DNA of 64,000 nt, taken from NCBI RefSeq assembly GCF_009914755.1, contig NC_060941.1, one strand, 5' to 3'. The DNA is from the human T2T-CHM13v2.0 reference genome, Homo sapiens. Of this stretch, positions 12,787 through 27,922 are shown piece after piece (the stretch's first letter is position 1; each line of letters opens with the position of its first letter). Both the position numbers and the translations under genes were made by a program. The notes beneath the pieces were generated by a model that was given only the letters and a program-made list of their open reading frames with translations, had not been told where the DNA came from and made no database searches.

Positions 12787-13227
12787 ACAATGAGAACACA
12801 TGGGCATAGGGAGAGGAACGTCACACACTGGAGCCTGTCACAGGGTGGGGGACTAGGGGAGGGATAGCATTAGGAGAAATAGTTAATGTAGATGACGGGT
12901 TGATGGGTGCAGCAAACCACCATGGCATGTGTATACTTATGTAACATACCACACGTTCTGCCCATGTATCCCAGAACTTAAAATTTAATAAAAAAAATTG
13001 AAAAGATGGCATAACTACAGTAATATCATACAAAATAGATTTAAGGTGAAATTATTAATATGGGTTTTTTTAAAAAAACATTTTATAGCAGTAAAGGGGT
13101 CAATTCACCGGAAAGGTAGAACAACCATGCATTTGTATGCACCCAGTAAGATCACTTTAAATTTGTAAAGCAAAAATTGATAGAATCAGGTGAAATAGAC
13201 AAGCCCAGAATTATTGTGGGGAACTTC

Positions 13228-13300
13228 TTGTTTTGTTTTGCTTTAAGCAACTGAATTTGGGGATGGGTTGTTTTACATCAATAGATAAACAGAAGTATAC
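13228..13300 (+). mobile_element. MLT1-type MaLR LTR 3' fragment
   Basis: 'ttttgctttaagcaactgaatttggggatgggttgttttacatcaatagataaac' resembles the MLT1 LTR end. Confidence 0.5.
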
Positions 13301-13339
13301 ATCTCCTCATTATCAAACTATTTTCCTCGTTTCTTTTTA

Positions 13340-13700
13340 AACTATTTTATTTTAGATTCAGGGGTTTATGTGTTTTTTTCTTACATGAGTATATTGCATA
13401 ATGGGTGAGGAATGGGCTTCTAATATACCCATTACCCAATAGTGAACACTGTACCCAGTAGGCAATTTTTCAACCTTGTCCTCCTTCCCACCTTCCCCCA
13501 TTTTGTAGTCCCCAGTGTCTATTTTTCCATCTTTATGTCCATGTGTACCCATTGTTTACTTCCCACTTATAAGTGAGAACATTCAGTATTTGATGTTTCT
13601 GAGTTAGTTCATGTAGGATAATGTCTTCCAGCACCATCCATGTTGCTGCAAAGGACATGATGTCATTCTTTTTATGGCTGCATAGTATTCCGTGTGTGTA
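13340..13700 (-). mobile_element. Older primate L1 3' end (L1PA16/L1PB-like), followed by a (CA/TA)n tract to about 13752
   Basis: Minus-strand translations EYYAAIK and MSFAATWMVLEDIIL. 3'UTR 'cccattacccaatagtgaacactgtaccc'. Confidence 0.85.
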
Positions 13701-14010
13701 GACACACACACATATATGTATATATATACATATATATACACACACATATATATGATAGGAGATTTTAATGTACCTCTGACAGAAGGTGAAAAACAAGAAG
13801 ACAAAACACACATTTAGTAAGAATACAGATCTACACAATACCATTTAAAAATGTGTATCCATTTGGCACCAGATTTGACTCTCTTCCCATTGCTGGGAGT
13901 AGTTCCTCATATTGTACCTATTAAATCTTTTGGAAGAGAATTTTGTTTTATTTGGCCCTGCTTTTGAAGTAGGGTATGAGAACTCCAGTTATGGTCTCTC
14001 TCTCTCAATC

Positions 14011-14014
<4 letters not shown>

Positions 14015-14065
<51 letters not shown>
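14015..14065. repeat. (TG)25 microsatellite
   Basis: Perfect TG run read directly. Confidence 0.97.
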
Positions 14066-14068
<3 letters not shown>

Positions 14069-14427
14069 ACTTTAGAGAAATCTCTTTGGCCTCATTTTTG
14101 GTGAGAGTGATACATCCTAAAGAATGAAAACATTTTTATTCTTCTCCAAGTGATGGGAAACAGGCTAATACAGGGTGGGTTCTCCTTACCTCCTTAGAAA
14201 GATAAATAACTTGCCAAGTGCTTAAGTTATTTTCCAAAGGGTCTTAAGTCCTTTAAAATGGGCCATGGATCACAGAGTCCTATTATTAGAAAATAGAAGT
14301 ATAGGCAAGCAAGAAAAACAGAAAGAGAGGGGATCTAGACTCAAAATTTGGAGATCTGGGTTTCATATTTGAGAGTGATCCTCTACAGAGAGTGCCAGAG
14401 CAATAAACCAGGAGAAGGACTTTATGA

Positions 14428-14651
14428 CAGTGGTGTGCTGGAGGTACTGGTTCTTACTGGCTTGCAAGAAACTGTTGTGTGTATATCTTCCCAAATCCAA
14501 GTTCAGTACCATTACGTTGGTGGCTTAAATGTATATAATGTGGTAGAAGTATTTATATCAGAGAAATTGGCAAATGGTACAAAACAAGACTGTGTGTTGG
14601 GGAAGCTAGTTTTTAAACATTTATGAATTCATAGCCAGAAAATTACCACTG
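14428..14651. mobile_element. MER63-like hAT DNA transposon relic
   Basis: Termini 'cagtggtgtgctgg' and 'accactg' are inverted; internal 'tttaaacattta'. Confidence 0.65.
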
Positions 14652-16129
14652 AATTTACCCTCTGAAAATACCATCTGAATATAGGACTAGAATAAGACTG
14701 CCAGGTAGGAAACAACATCCTACCCTAGGATGATGACCCTCCTTGATAACTTGAGAATTCTCTCAAGTTTCAAGTGAACATCTGTACAACTAATGAGGGC
14801 AGTGTGAGGAATTAAGGAAGGAAGTCTCCCAGTTAAACCTCGGTACTGGACAGGAACATGCTAATACCTGCTGAGTTTTAGATGGGAGTGTAGACATCAC
14901 TATTACAGTGTTTGTGTTTGTGTAAGTATTTATACAAGATTGTGTCTTCCATTTCATATATATTACAGAACAGGAAAATGTTGTCAGCTTCATCATGAAA
15001 AAGAGGTTTTTGGAAGAGACAGAGATTTCTCAATTGAGACCTGAGAAGACTTGACTTTTATATTGCTAAGTTTCACACAGGTCATGGATGAGTGCTAATC
15101 TGCTAATGACTCAGACTGCATTTGATGCAATGTTCCCTGTATCAAAAATGAAACTTATATAGATGTATAGAAAAACAAAGTAAATCAGAACATGTGAAGA
15201 ATGAGGGAGACAGTGATGGTGATGGTGGAAGTTTCCTTCTGATTTCCAGAATTCTCCTTTGATGCAGAAGTTAGGCCATAATAGTCTTCAGAAATGAACT
15301 ATTAATGATAGTCTAGTCTTTACAGCAGTAAAACCATGTTGATAGGTTATGGGATTTCTTTCTTTATCATCACCATGACTGCTTCTTGGAAACCACTGAG
15401 TTGGCAGCAGCTGTGTTCATTAAAGGCTGAGTTCTCAGAAGTGTTTATAAAACTAAACAACCCATAGATTTCTACTGGCAGAAGCTAGTCATTGGCATTC
15501 TATGTCTTAGTTGCTATTCCTTTTTCACATGCGGCTTGGCAAGACTGACATATGTATCAGAATCATATGTACAATTTTAGTTAAACATGGACTCTCCTTC
15601 CGTCCTTCCCATCTCCTTTGGGCACAAAGAGAATTTTTAGATCCTTATTTTTCTCCCTATTCATAGGTTTAAGAGAACATTGCCTTATATAAAACAGTAA
15701 ATCTCTGACTGATACCCCACTCTTTTTGATGAATTGTGCTGTAGAATATTTGATAGACCTTCTTGTTAAAGCTTTAATATGAAGTCAATAATTAATCAAG
15801 TAATCAATATATAGTTGGCCTTTATAAGTGCCAACACCATGGTCTGAAGATTGGTGAAATATGTTTGCTTTTTCACTTTAAGTCAACTTTCAGCATTTTC
15901 AGGGTTAAGACTCTAGAGCAACTTGAGTCGAGACTACCATGGAATTCACAATAATTCTCTTGAATTCAATCTATTACATTTGAAAATTATATTTGAATCT
16001 CCCCCAGATATAAATGCTTCTAATTTTTTTGGTACAAAGCATTTTCACGTTCATTATCTTATTATAACCCTCTAAAATTCTAAGGGCAAATAAAGTAGAT
16101 ATTAGCGATAATGATAATTACTGCGTTGG

Positions 16130-16360
16130 TGAAAATAATGCTTTTAATAATGATGATAATGATGGTGGTGACTACAATTTAAATGCCTCCTAGGTCCCAA
16201 GTCTTGTGATAGCTTTATATATATTATATCATTTAATCCTCTGAACAACAACCTGAGGTAGAGTACCTCAACTCAAATATATGAAGTGATTTGTCAAAGG
16301 TCACATAGCTTATAAATATTAGACCAAGGTTTGGAACCCAAGTCTTCAAGTCTTCTGGGC
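16130..16360 (-). mobile_element. MIR
   Basis: 'tcatttaatcctctgaacaacaacctgaggtag...gtgatttgtcaaaggtcacatagct'. Confidence 0.75.
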
Positions 16361-17588
16361 CAAGTTATTTGTAATCTATGAATTGCCAAATGCAATGCAT
16401 AAAATGCCTTTACAACTCCATAGGATGGTTGACGCACCTCACCTCCCTCAGAACTTGGATTAACTTCACATTCTCTGAGAAGCATTCTCTACCACTTATC
16501 AGCCATCTGATTTTAAGCAAATTATTTGACATGAGTTTACTCATCCATAAAAAGGAGGTAACTCATCCATGTTGGCTCAGTCTTTGCTGCAAAGATCCAA
16601 TAACTTAACCAAAAGGCTAGAAAAGTCTGGCAAATAATATGCATTTATTAGGTTGTGGTTCACCTTTCCACACTGGCCACTGGCCTTCTTATGCTTTATT
16701 GCAATTATGAGAAGCACATGTGGCAAAACAAGGGTCACATCAACCCAAAGCACACAGAGTTTGGATGTTCGCACGTTATTCCTAATCACTCAGATTAGCA
16801 AGCAAGTCGTACTCTTTTCTCTCTGTCCAAAGCTTAGCAGCATTACACTGGACCTTAATCCTGCTGTAACTAAGGGGCAGTAATACGTCTTAAAGAAAAA
16901 TCTTTAAGAGAAAGGAAAACTGAAGAACCCTGGAAGGTCCATCCTGGAATGAGCCAAAGCTAACACTTCCTCAAAAAACAAAGGAATTTCCTTCCTCCTC
17001 AACCCCACCCAGCATATTTTATGTATAGTTTCTAAGAGGTCAGCTAAGAATAATGGGCTTGAGCCAATCCCGTATTGGCCAACTACTCTAAAGTATTTCT
17101 CCTCAATATCTGGTGAGGCAATGGTGTTCAAGAAACATCTACACAATGCAAAGTGAGCAAAAACCAGCTAATCCTAAATCCTACATCAGTAGTCTTCTCC
17201 AACCTTGGGGTAAAAAAGACATTTTTGGCCAAAGACTATGAAGTAATGCTCTTTATTAGCTTACTTCTTCTCTGTGTCCAAATGATATAATAAAATTCTG
17301 ACATGAAAAAATAATATTTAGAATTTTCCCTTTATAGTCTTCAAAATAGTGGTTGTCCTCATTGTCTCTCCTTCTCTCAAACAAAAAACAAAACACAAAC
17401 TCTTTATAAATTTAGATTGAGTTGACTTATTTTTCCTTTATTTGAAAAGTTTCTTTATATATGATATTACATCTATTATCTCTCTGTATACTATACCCCT
17501 TAAGGTAAGCAGATGTCATAATCTCTATTTTGTGGATAGGGAGGGATGCTTAGAAAACTTTGTAACATATTGATATCTCAGCTAGTAA

Positions 17589-18514
<926 letters not shown>

Positions 18515-19439
18515 TAAAATTTGGATGAGAGTCACTGGGGAGGTTTCTGGGCCTAGCTGAATATCCACCTACCTATAAAATCTAGAGCCCTGGCTTTCCC
18601 ATCTACTGAGACTCCAGGGGTAGGGGGCTTGTCCCACTGAATTGTCTGTGCTTCTAGGAAGCTCCTTCATTGTATGTGAGCCTAATGTGCTTTTATTATC
18701 CTCTACTGCCTTTATCACAGGAGTGAACCTCATCTACTCGTTGTCCCTAAAACGTAACAGAGCCTCTCACTGTTTACCCATATCCAGTTCATGAGACTTG
18801 TAGGAGCTCCCTGTGGATGTAGTATTTGGAAAAAAGATTTTGGATAACTGTGTCAACCTGTTGGGATGCTTCCCTAAGAGTCCACTAGAGGAAACCATAG
18901 TCAGGAGGGAAATTGGGGTTTAAAATTTAAACGCAGAACTATGTGTTGAGCTAATGGGGCAACACTAGGATAAAACAATAGCTGGGCAGTGAGAGTTAGT
19001 GGCTTAATGACCAGGAGAATAAAAGCAAGAATTGCTGTATGGAGCAGGAGAAATTAGGCAGTTTAAGCCATCTTAAAACCTTGGATTTTTCTTTTATTGC
19101 AGAGTTACACCCAAGCTGCCAGAGTTCTTTAAAGACATCAGGGGAGGCCGGATAGTTGTCCCAAGCTATTACCCATCTATAGAATGCCCTTCTCTCCCTA
19201 TTAATTACTTCGATTTCTACATTTTCTGCATGGCCTACCTCTAATATTTTCTTCTGCAGAGAATTGTTCTTAGCCACTCAGACTATAGGAATCATGCTCA
19301 GTTGTCATATATTTCAAACAGTTCTGTGTCACCATTTCCTTTGTTACATACAAAGTCTTTCCTCCAAATAGAATATAAACCAGTTATAGAGAGGCAAAAA
19401 CATGATGCCTTTCGAAAATCCTAAAGGCCTTAGCAAATC

Positions 19440-20600
19440 AATTATTATCATTATAGCAAACACATATCTAGCACTTACTATGTTCTCTTCCAACCACTTT
19501 TCACATATTATCTCATTTAATCCTGACAACCAACTATGCAGTATTTCCTATTGTCATTTTATTTTACATATGAGGAAACTGAGTCCTAGGCAGTGTAAGA
19601 GATAGTCCCAAGGTTACTCTGCTTAAAACAGAGATCTCTCACCCAGAACAATTTCTCATTGGCACCTTCACTTTGCTCGGCTGCCAAAAAAGTAGATATT
19701 GACGTGGAATCTGAATACAGCACCTGGCTGGAGAGCATTGCCTGTCTGATGATTCACACTTTTAAATAAAAATAATAAAACCCTTGGCTGGACAGCTTCA
19801 CTTCCACAGTCCAGCTGGGATGTCGTCACTGTGGTTCCAAAACACACTTGGGTGATATTTCAGCTTGAATAAGTGTCATTTGCACATTCAGTTGTGAAAA
19901 TTCTGCACGGAGGTCTTGTGATCATACTCCTTGTCAGGCATCTGCCAAAAGCTTGCTAATGTTTTGGCTCCCTTGTCCTGCTGGTTTTTGCTGGAAGTGA
20001 CCTAGAGGAGCGTGGGATGCCTTCTCCTTTAGTTGAAACCCAAGTTAAAATGGGACAATCTGGGTGAGTGACCCAAACCTGAGTCCTGATTCAACCATTA
20101 TTTACTGAGCACTCAGTATGTATCAAGCATTTTCCTGTATTTTATTACATTGAATCTTCCTGGTAGCGCTCTGAGGTGGGTGTTGTGATCTGTATTTTAC
20201 AGATGTGGAAGTAGATTCAGATGTGAAAGTAACTTGCCAAAGGCCATTCAGTGAGTAGAACTAAAGAGATCTGATTCCAGGTTTCCTGCCCTCATCTCCA
20301 TATCAAGGTGCTTCTAGTTCACTTTGAGGTGAATAAAGTAAAGAATGGAGGGGTAATATAATAGAGATGATAATAATAATAATTACAAACATCACTACCA
20401 ACATTTCTTAAGTCTGCACTGTGTGCCAAGCACTATGGGAATACCTTACAGGCATCACTTCATTTTACCCTCACAACACCCATAAGAGGTAGTAGGCACT
20501 AGTATTTCCCCCATGGTACAAAGAAGGAAAATGATGCTTAGAGACGTTAAGCAGGTTAGCAAATGATGTGCCAAGTTTTAAGCCCAGACATTCTGTTGCC
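19440..20600 (-). mobile_element. Three MIR copies (about 19440-19660, 20090-20290, 20370-20600)
   Basis: Reverse MIR cores 'ttttacatatgaggaaactgag', 'ttttacagatgtggaag', 'ccatggtacaaagaaggaaaatgatgcttagaga'. Confidence 0.75.
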
Positions 20601-21406
20601 AAGGCTTGCTACAACAGCTGTATGAAAACATGCAATGTGGGAGTGCCAGATTAGATTCCTCACCTGCCCCATATCTTCAAAGAAAGCACCAAGAGAAAGT
20701 GTGAGGTCAATGATTTGAAAAAATTAATCAGACTGTCAACATTTCCAGTGGAGCCCATTCAGCCAAAGTCACCATTTTCAACGTTAACCTCCATGTTGCA
20801 AGGCTGACTTAGGAACGTTACACTCACAGACTCTGAGGAAGATGATGGATTTGTTGAGATGGAGCCTCACCTGGCTTGGAGCCAGGATGTCCAGGCTAAA
20901 TCTGTGTCATTTAGTCCTTTTCACCCCATCTTATTGGGAGTAAGCTGGAAAGAAAATTCGGGTGCTTTGCCAAGGCTTTGGGAATTCACAGCCCTGTCAC
21001 TCGGAGATGAGAAGGATCCTTTAGTTAGAAAAAGTTCTCAGTCACCCCTTCTGGAAGAGAATCAGTGATGTGCCTTTCCGCAGTCATGAGAGTTATCACT
21101 CCTCCCCACGGGGAGAGTGGGCAGTCACGGTGAATCCTGGAAATGGGAGCTGCTCCCAGAGTGATTGAGAACAGAACTGAACTCAGTTCCTCACTTCTTG
21201 GTACCAAAGGGGTTGGGTTGTGCCTTGCAAAGGGAGAGCAAGAATGAAAAGAAGAGTAGAATGAGGTTTCGTTTTATATCCAGTAATCAACACACCAAAT
21301 TAAAAATGAGCAGGGCAGTTTTGTGTGTGCTTGTGATTTGTTACACTGTTTTCCTTTCCTCTCTTATTTAAAAAATGCTATTTAAACAATATTATAATGA
21401 CATTAA

Positions 21407-21763
<357 letters not shown>

Positions 21764-21788
21764 AGAAGTTTAATAAAGAAAATATTCA

Positions 21789-22221
<433 letters not shown>

Positions 22222-24214
22222 ATTGTTTCAAAAGAGAATTCAATGCGTCGATTACAAAGCCTATTGCTTCTTTCCTTTCTTAATTTTGCTGACACTCTGA
22301 TATTTTAATCTCCATTCTAGAGTGTGAGCTTATTCATATCCATTCTAGAGGAAGGAGGAGGTTTGAAAATGAAGGGACATGCACATTTGTCTACCCTGTC
22401 ATGTGTTAATGGTTCCCATTAATAACAAAATAGATGAGGATTAGATAAGAGGAGAAACAGAAGAAAAAAAGATCAAAAGTGTTCACTAAAATGAGTTGTA
22501 TTCTAGTTATTTTCAATTTTAGGAGAACCAAGGTGAAAAAAATGCACTAACCAGCTGACAAACAGCTCTGCCCTCCGGAGGCTTGGCAGACACTGAGCAG
22601 CTGCTCCTGGGGCCAGGCACCTCTGGCTGTGCCAGCAGCTGTGCCAAGGCTGAACAAGGTCGGGGGGAAAGAAATGCTTCACATACCTTTGGATTTGTTT
22701 AGTCATTGACGCAGGAAATAGGTCTGTGTCGCTCAGCTGGTAGCATCATTGCGTTTGCCTGGAAGGTCAAGGGTTCAAGAACCACACTAGAAAGTTGGCA
22801 GCTTCCCGAAGCCAATGCTTGCACTGTCATGGAAGGCAGGTGGTGGTGAACACTGGAGAAAGGAATGCTCTCTCTGCATGTCCCAGGGAAATGGGGCTCA
22901 CAGGGGCAAGACAGACACAACACCACTCAGTTTACTTTGACCCATAAGCTTCAAAGTACTCCTGTGTGGAACTAGCAGAACTGTCATCCAGGGGACAGGA
23001 TTGTGTCATAGACAACTCTAGAAGACAAGCGGAGTTTGGGGCTCTCTGATGCATGCTCTACCATCTTTTTTACTGAACCCTCAGCTCAGCCTCTGTTTCA
23101 GCTTTGAGAAACTCAGAAACCAAGAACAGTGAAAAATTGTGGCAGATCCTCAGGAAGAAAAGAGGCCCACACTTACTGAGTAAACTAAGCCTGGAATTCA
23201 GGTCTACAGCCCAGTAGAATAATCTCTTTGTAAACTTCTCTAAAATGCTTATGTGCATTGCTGCTTGGAAGTTCAATGTTATGCACAAAAGCAATTTACT
23301 ATAATATTTAAGATATTTAAATTAGTTTAAGAGTTTAAAAAGCATGATTATATTTGAAATTATTGGGAATTATTTATAGTAAATACACTTGATAATTTTG
23401 CTTTTGGCTAAATATTGGAAATTTGGGGAAATAATCCAAAAAATGATAGTAGAGAGGGAGTTCAGCAAAGGTAAATGTGGAAATACATCTTTTAAAATTA
23501 ATCAAGCCCACTCCGCTAAAAGATAGATCACTTAAGCCTGAAATACAATTTATCTGCCTAAAGAATTTCTATGACAGCAGGTGTGGCCTGAACAACAGTG
23601 CACACCTGAGCTGTTTGTGCATGGAGTAACATTTTGGCTTACAAGTTACCACAGGGCTAATTGTTGCTTATTTATTTCGTGGGCTGCTCTGATCCTAGAT
23701 ACCTTTGTCCCTGGAATGTGGGAGATTGAGTAGGTGTGGGGATGGTGCTCTTCGGTAAAATTGTCTTTAGACTGGAGAAGGTACAGTAACAGGCAGCTTC
23801 TTGTTAGTCTAAAGGAAAAAAATCCCTGACTCCTTTCCCCTTTAAATAAAACACCTTGCTTGCAACCAGCTATAAGAGAGGTTTGAGGTTGGCTTGCATC
23901 GGGAACCTGCCAACAGGTTCAAGTCTGATGTTCCTACTCCCAGGACATCTTTTGCTGTCTTATCATGAGTTTTTTATTTATTCAGTTATTAGGAGCTGTC
24001 TTTCTGCTCCTACCCTCAGAGACCTAAACAAGACCTCTCATCTTTTGAAACCAAAGACAGAGTGAAACAGTCCCCAAAGAAAGGAAATCCTACAAAGTCT
24101 AATGGAAGTTACACAGTTTTGGATTTCCCTTGGCATTTCGTGGTACCTGTCTCTAGTCCTTAGTGCTGTCTACCTGAAATTACTAACATTTCCTCTCTTC
24201 ATGAGGACAAGGTT

Positions 24215-24520
24215 CTTCTTCTTTAATTTTTTAACAGCTTTATTGAGATATCATTCACATATCTCACATACGATTCACCCATTTAAAGTATATGCTTCAA
24301 TGGCTTTTATTATATTCACAGACTTGGGCAGCCATCATCTTAATCAATTTTATAACATTTTCATGATCACCCCCAAAGAAATCTCAAATGTTTTAGCCAA
24401 CATTCTCCAATCCTCCTGTCTTCCCAGGTCTAGGAAACCACTAATGTAATTTTTGACTCTATGAAATTGTCTGGATATTTCTCTATGAAATATTCTGGAT
24501 ATTTCATACAAATGGAATCA
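24215..24520 (-). mobile_element. L1MB-like 3' end
   Basis: 'ttaacagctttattgagatatcattcacat...ttcacccatttaaagta...catacaaatggaatca'. Confidence 0.8.
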
Positions 24521-26599
24521 AGGCTCTCTTTAAGCATCCTACTATTCTTCTACAGAGCCTGGCCAAAAACCTGGTACCTAGTAGGCCTTTTAGCAAGGCT
24601 ATATTAGTTACTTGATTTAGGTATATTAAATGACTCTTTTAGGATCAATATAGCTCATGAGTGGGTAACTGGATAGTCCTAGATGAAAGACCTCATATGC
24701 CATTACCCATGGCGTGTTAATGGTCTGGACAGTATCAGAATGAAAAGACAGCCTATGAGTCATAGCTTCCCCTAGGTGAGGTCCCACAGACATGGCCCCC
24801 TGTACTACTTGTCTGTTCAATGATATAACACGGACGCCATCAGCTCAACAAATCAGAAATCGATTCCCTAGAAGACTGGAGTTCTCTTATAAGTTGGCAC
24901 ACCACGGTGTGTGTTAACAGGCAATAACACTAAAGTGCACTAAAGACCATGTAATTTATTCCCAACATGCTGTTATTCTTTCCAAAACATTAGCTTTGGA
25001 GCAGAACGTTTGCTAAATGTTGTCTTTATTTCCAAAGCTTGGGGTAAAGATCATATGCAACCAATGACTGAGAGATAATTGGCCACTTTACAGTTTTAAC
25101 CTCAAATGAACTCCCCCGTCTGAGTAAATTTCCTGGTAAAAGATCCCATTTTAATAGAATGTGAAAGCTGCAAGAAAGATGGAGCTTACAGATCACAGTA
25201 TGGTCTGTTAGATAAATGACCAGGAGTAATATTTCTTAAAACCACATTTTGTAGACAGAGTTAACAGAAAACCCAGGAAAAAAATACCCAGTGGTTCAGC
25301 ATTCACGCTTAAATGAAAATAGCATGTGTGTTTTCAGCTCAAGTTGTGCCAGGGCTTGGAGGGAAATTGGCAAGGATTAAAACCAAGAGTCTTTTGGGGG
25401 TTGTTGGGTATTGTCATCCTGGACCTGACCTCACAGCTTTCTCTCTTGGAGGAGAAGGCAAAAAGTAGCTGTGCTAAAACTTTGCTCTAAGAGTTGCCAC
25501 AGAGTCCAGAAAGTTCCTCTTCTTGCAGTTGGCTTATTTTCACTGAGCTGGCATTGAGCCAGAAGTCAAGTTATTATTTTGTTTAATAGCTGAAGAAATG
25601 ACCATCTTGTGCTTTTTAACCTAAAGGTGGCCTTGACTGCAGATCCCTGGATGTGGGGAAGCACCTAAGAAGGTCAGTTCTTCCGGTAGAATGGGAGGGT
25701 GCTCCTGCTGTGCATTTAAAGTGAGGTCCTTGGTTTCCTCCTTTGGATTATCATCTTTGGTGAGGTTTGCCTTATGGAGAACTGATGACTGTGAGTTGTC
25801 ATGTACAAAGTGGAAAAGTAGCTTTATTGTCTGAAGCTCAAATTTCACAGGCTTGCACTCCTTGGTTTAGAATTCAGATTCCTCACTTTGAAAGAGAACA
25901 AGAAAGTGTCGCACCTTTTAATCTATTTGGGCAGAAAGAAAATTTAAATCTAGTCAGAGAGGGTATCTGTCTACAAGAGCTCATCCCAAAGATTTCAATT
26001 AGTTATTCAAGAAACCATGGCTAAGAACACACTATGAGCCAGGAACTCTCCTGGGTCCTAGGGGTTACAGAGGAAAACTAACCATGACTCTACCTTGAAG
26101 GGCTCACAGTTTATTGGTGATTGGTCATAGGGGAGAGGGAGAGGGAGTAAGACCTAAGTTTGGTGAGTACCATGATACAGGTATGTACAGGATATGATGC
26201 AGCACAGCTTGGGGTGGGTCAGAAAGACTTTTCATGAGAAACGAATCCAAGGTTGGGTCTCAAAGTAAGAATAGAAGTTAGCCAGGCATCTGGAAGTTCA
26301 CAGTTGCATGGGGGAGGCAGTTGGCTGAGATAGAGGGAAAAAGCACAGAAACGGAGATCGCATGATGTGATTCAGCATGTCTTGGGTGGGTAGGCATGTA
26401 TTTTTTGAAAGGTGAGGTCAGAGAAGTTGGCAGAGGCCAGATCAATAGCAGCCTTGGGTTTTAAACAAGACCACTTTCCTAGCTCCTCCTGGCTATTCCA
26501 ACATGGCAACTGGTGCCCTGAGTTCTATCTCAGCATTTGTCACTGTGTGAGTATCACTCTTTTTTGCTCTAAGCAGATAGATCTTGCAGATCTGTAAAA

Positions 26600-26790
26600 A
26601 ATTCTGGTTTTTCCACTTACTATGTATGTAATCTTGGACAAACTACTTAGCTATGTGGAGGCTCTGTTTTCTCTTCTGTAAAATGGGTCAAACAAAAAAC
26701 AACTTCATAGGGTTATTGTGAGTATTACTAGGATCAAACAAGAACAATGACTGGCATGAGAAAAAAGTGGTCATGAAATATTTGTGGAAT
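26600..26790 (+). mobile_element. MIR
   Basis: 'ccacttactatgtatgtaatcttggacaaactactt...tctgtaaaatggg...catagggttattgtgag'. Confidence 0.75.
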
Positions 26791-27604
26791 TAAATTGGGT
26801 ACAGGAGTGAAAAGGAAATTCTTCTGTCTGGAAAATAGCCTTTAGCTTTCCAAACACCAGTAGCTGCCAAAGCAGTGTAGGACACCTGGAAAGAGGTAGA
26901 AAAGAGATCCGAACCATGAAGAAGAGTGACAGGAAGCCACAGACCCCAAAACTAGAAGATGGTAAGCCAGTGAAGCAGATCAAAGTGGGAGGGGTGCATC
27001 TTGTGCCAGAACAGCAAGGGCACGGTCAGAAGGGTGGCCAGGAGGGAGGAGGTGGCAGATGCTGGCTCACAGGGCACTTCAGGGAGTGAATGCATGGCAG
27101 CCTGTGGCTTCCTCTTTCCTGATGTTGTCCTGGTGTCCTACCAGGCTCTGGAAAGAAATCAAAAAAAAAAAAAAAAAAAAAGAAAAGGAAAGAAGAGAGG
27201 AAAAACGGGAAAAAGAAAACAGCGGCATTGTTGTTTAATAACAGCGACACCCCTTCATGATAGAAAACACATAACAAACTAGAAATAGAAGGGAACTTCC
27301 CCAACCTGCTAAAGGGTGTTTATGAACAAACCACAGCTAACATACTTAATTGTGAAAGGCTAAAAGCTTTCCCCCTAAGATCAGAAATAAGACCAAGGTG
27401 TCTGCTCTTAACACTCCTTTTCAAAATTGTGCTGGAGGCTTTAGCCAGGGTAATTAGGCAAGAAAAAGAAATAAAAGACATTAAGATTGGAAAGGAAAAA
27501 GCAAAACTATCTGAGGATACATAATTTTATATATAGAAAAACAATATTGAAAAAGAAGAACAAAATTGGAAGATTTGCAGTTCCTGATATAAAAATTTAC
27601 TACA

Positions 27605-27922
<318 letters not shown>

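Larger units (their letters stand above)
7445..13001 (+). mobile_element. L1PA7-like LINE-1, 5' truncated with a 5' inversion (7445-9245 minus strand; about 9247-13001 plus strand)
   Basis: TSD aaagat(a/g)gcataac at 7431-7444 and 13002-13015. The minus part has partial 5'UTR, ORF1 and ORF2 up to KPTKMKK. The plus part resumes at HYIMVKG and runs through the 3'UTR ('gtagatgacgggttgatgggtgcagcaaaccacc') and poly(A). Confidence 0.95.
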
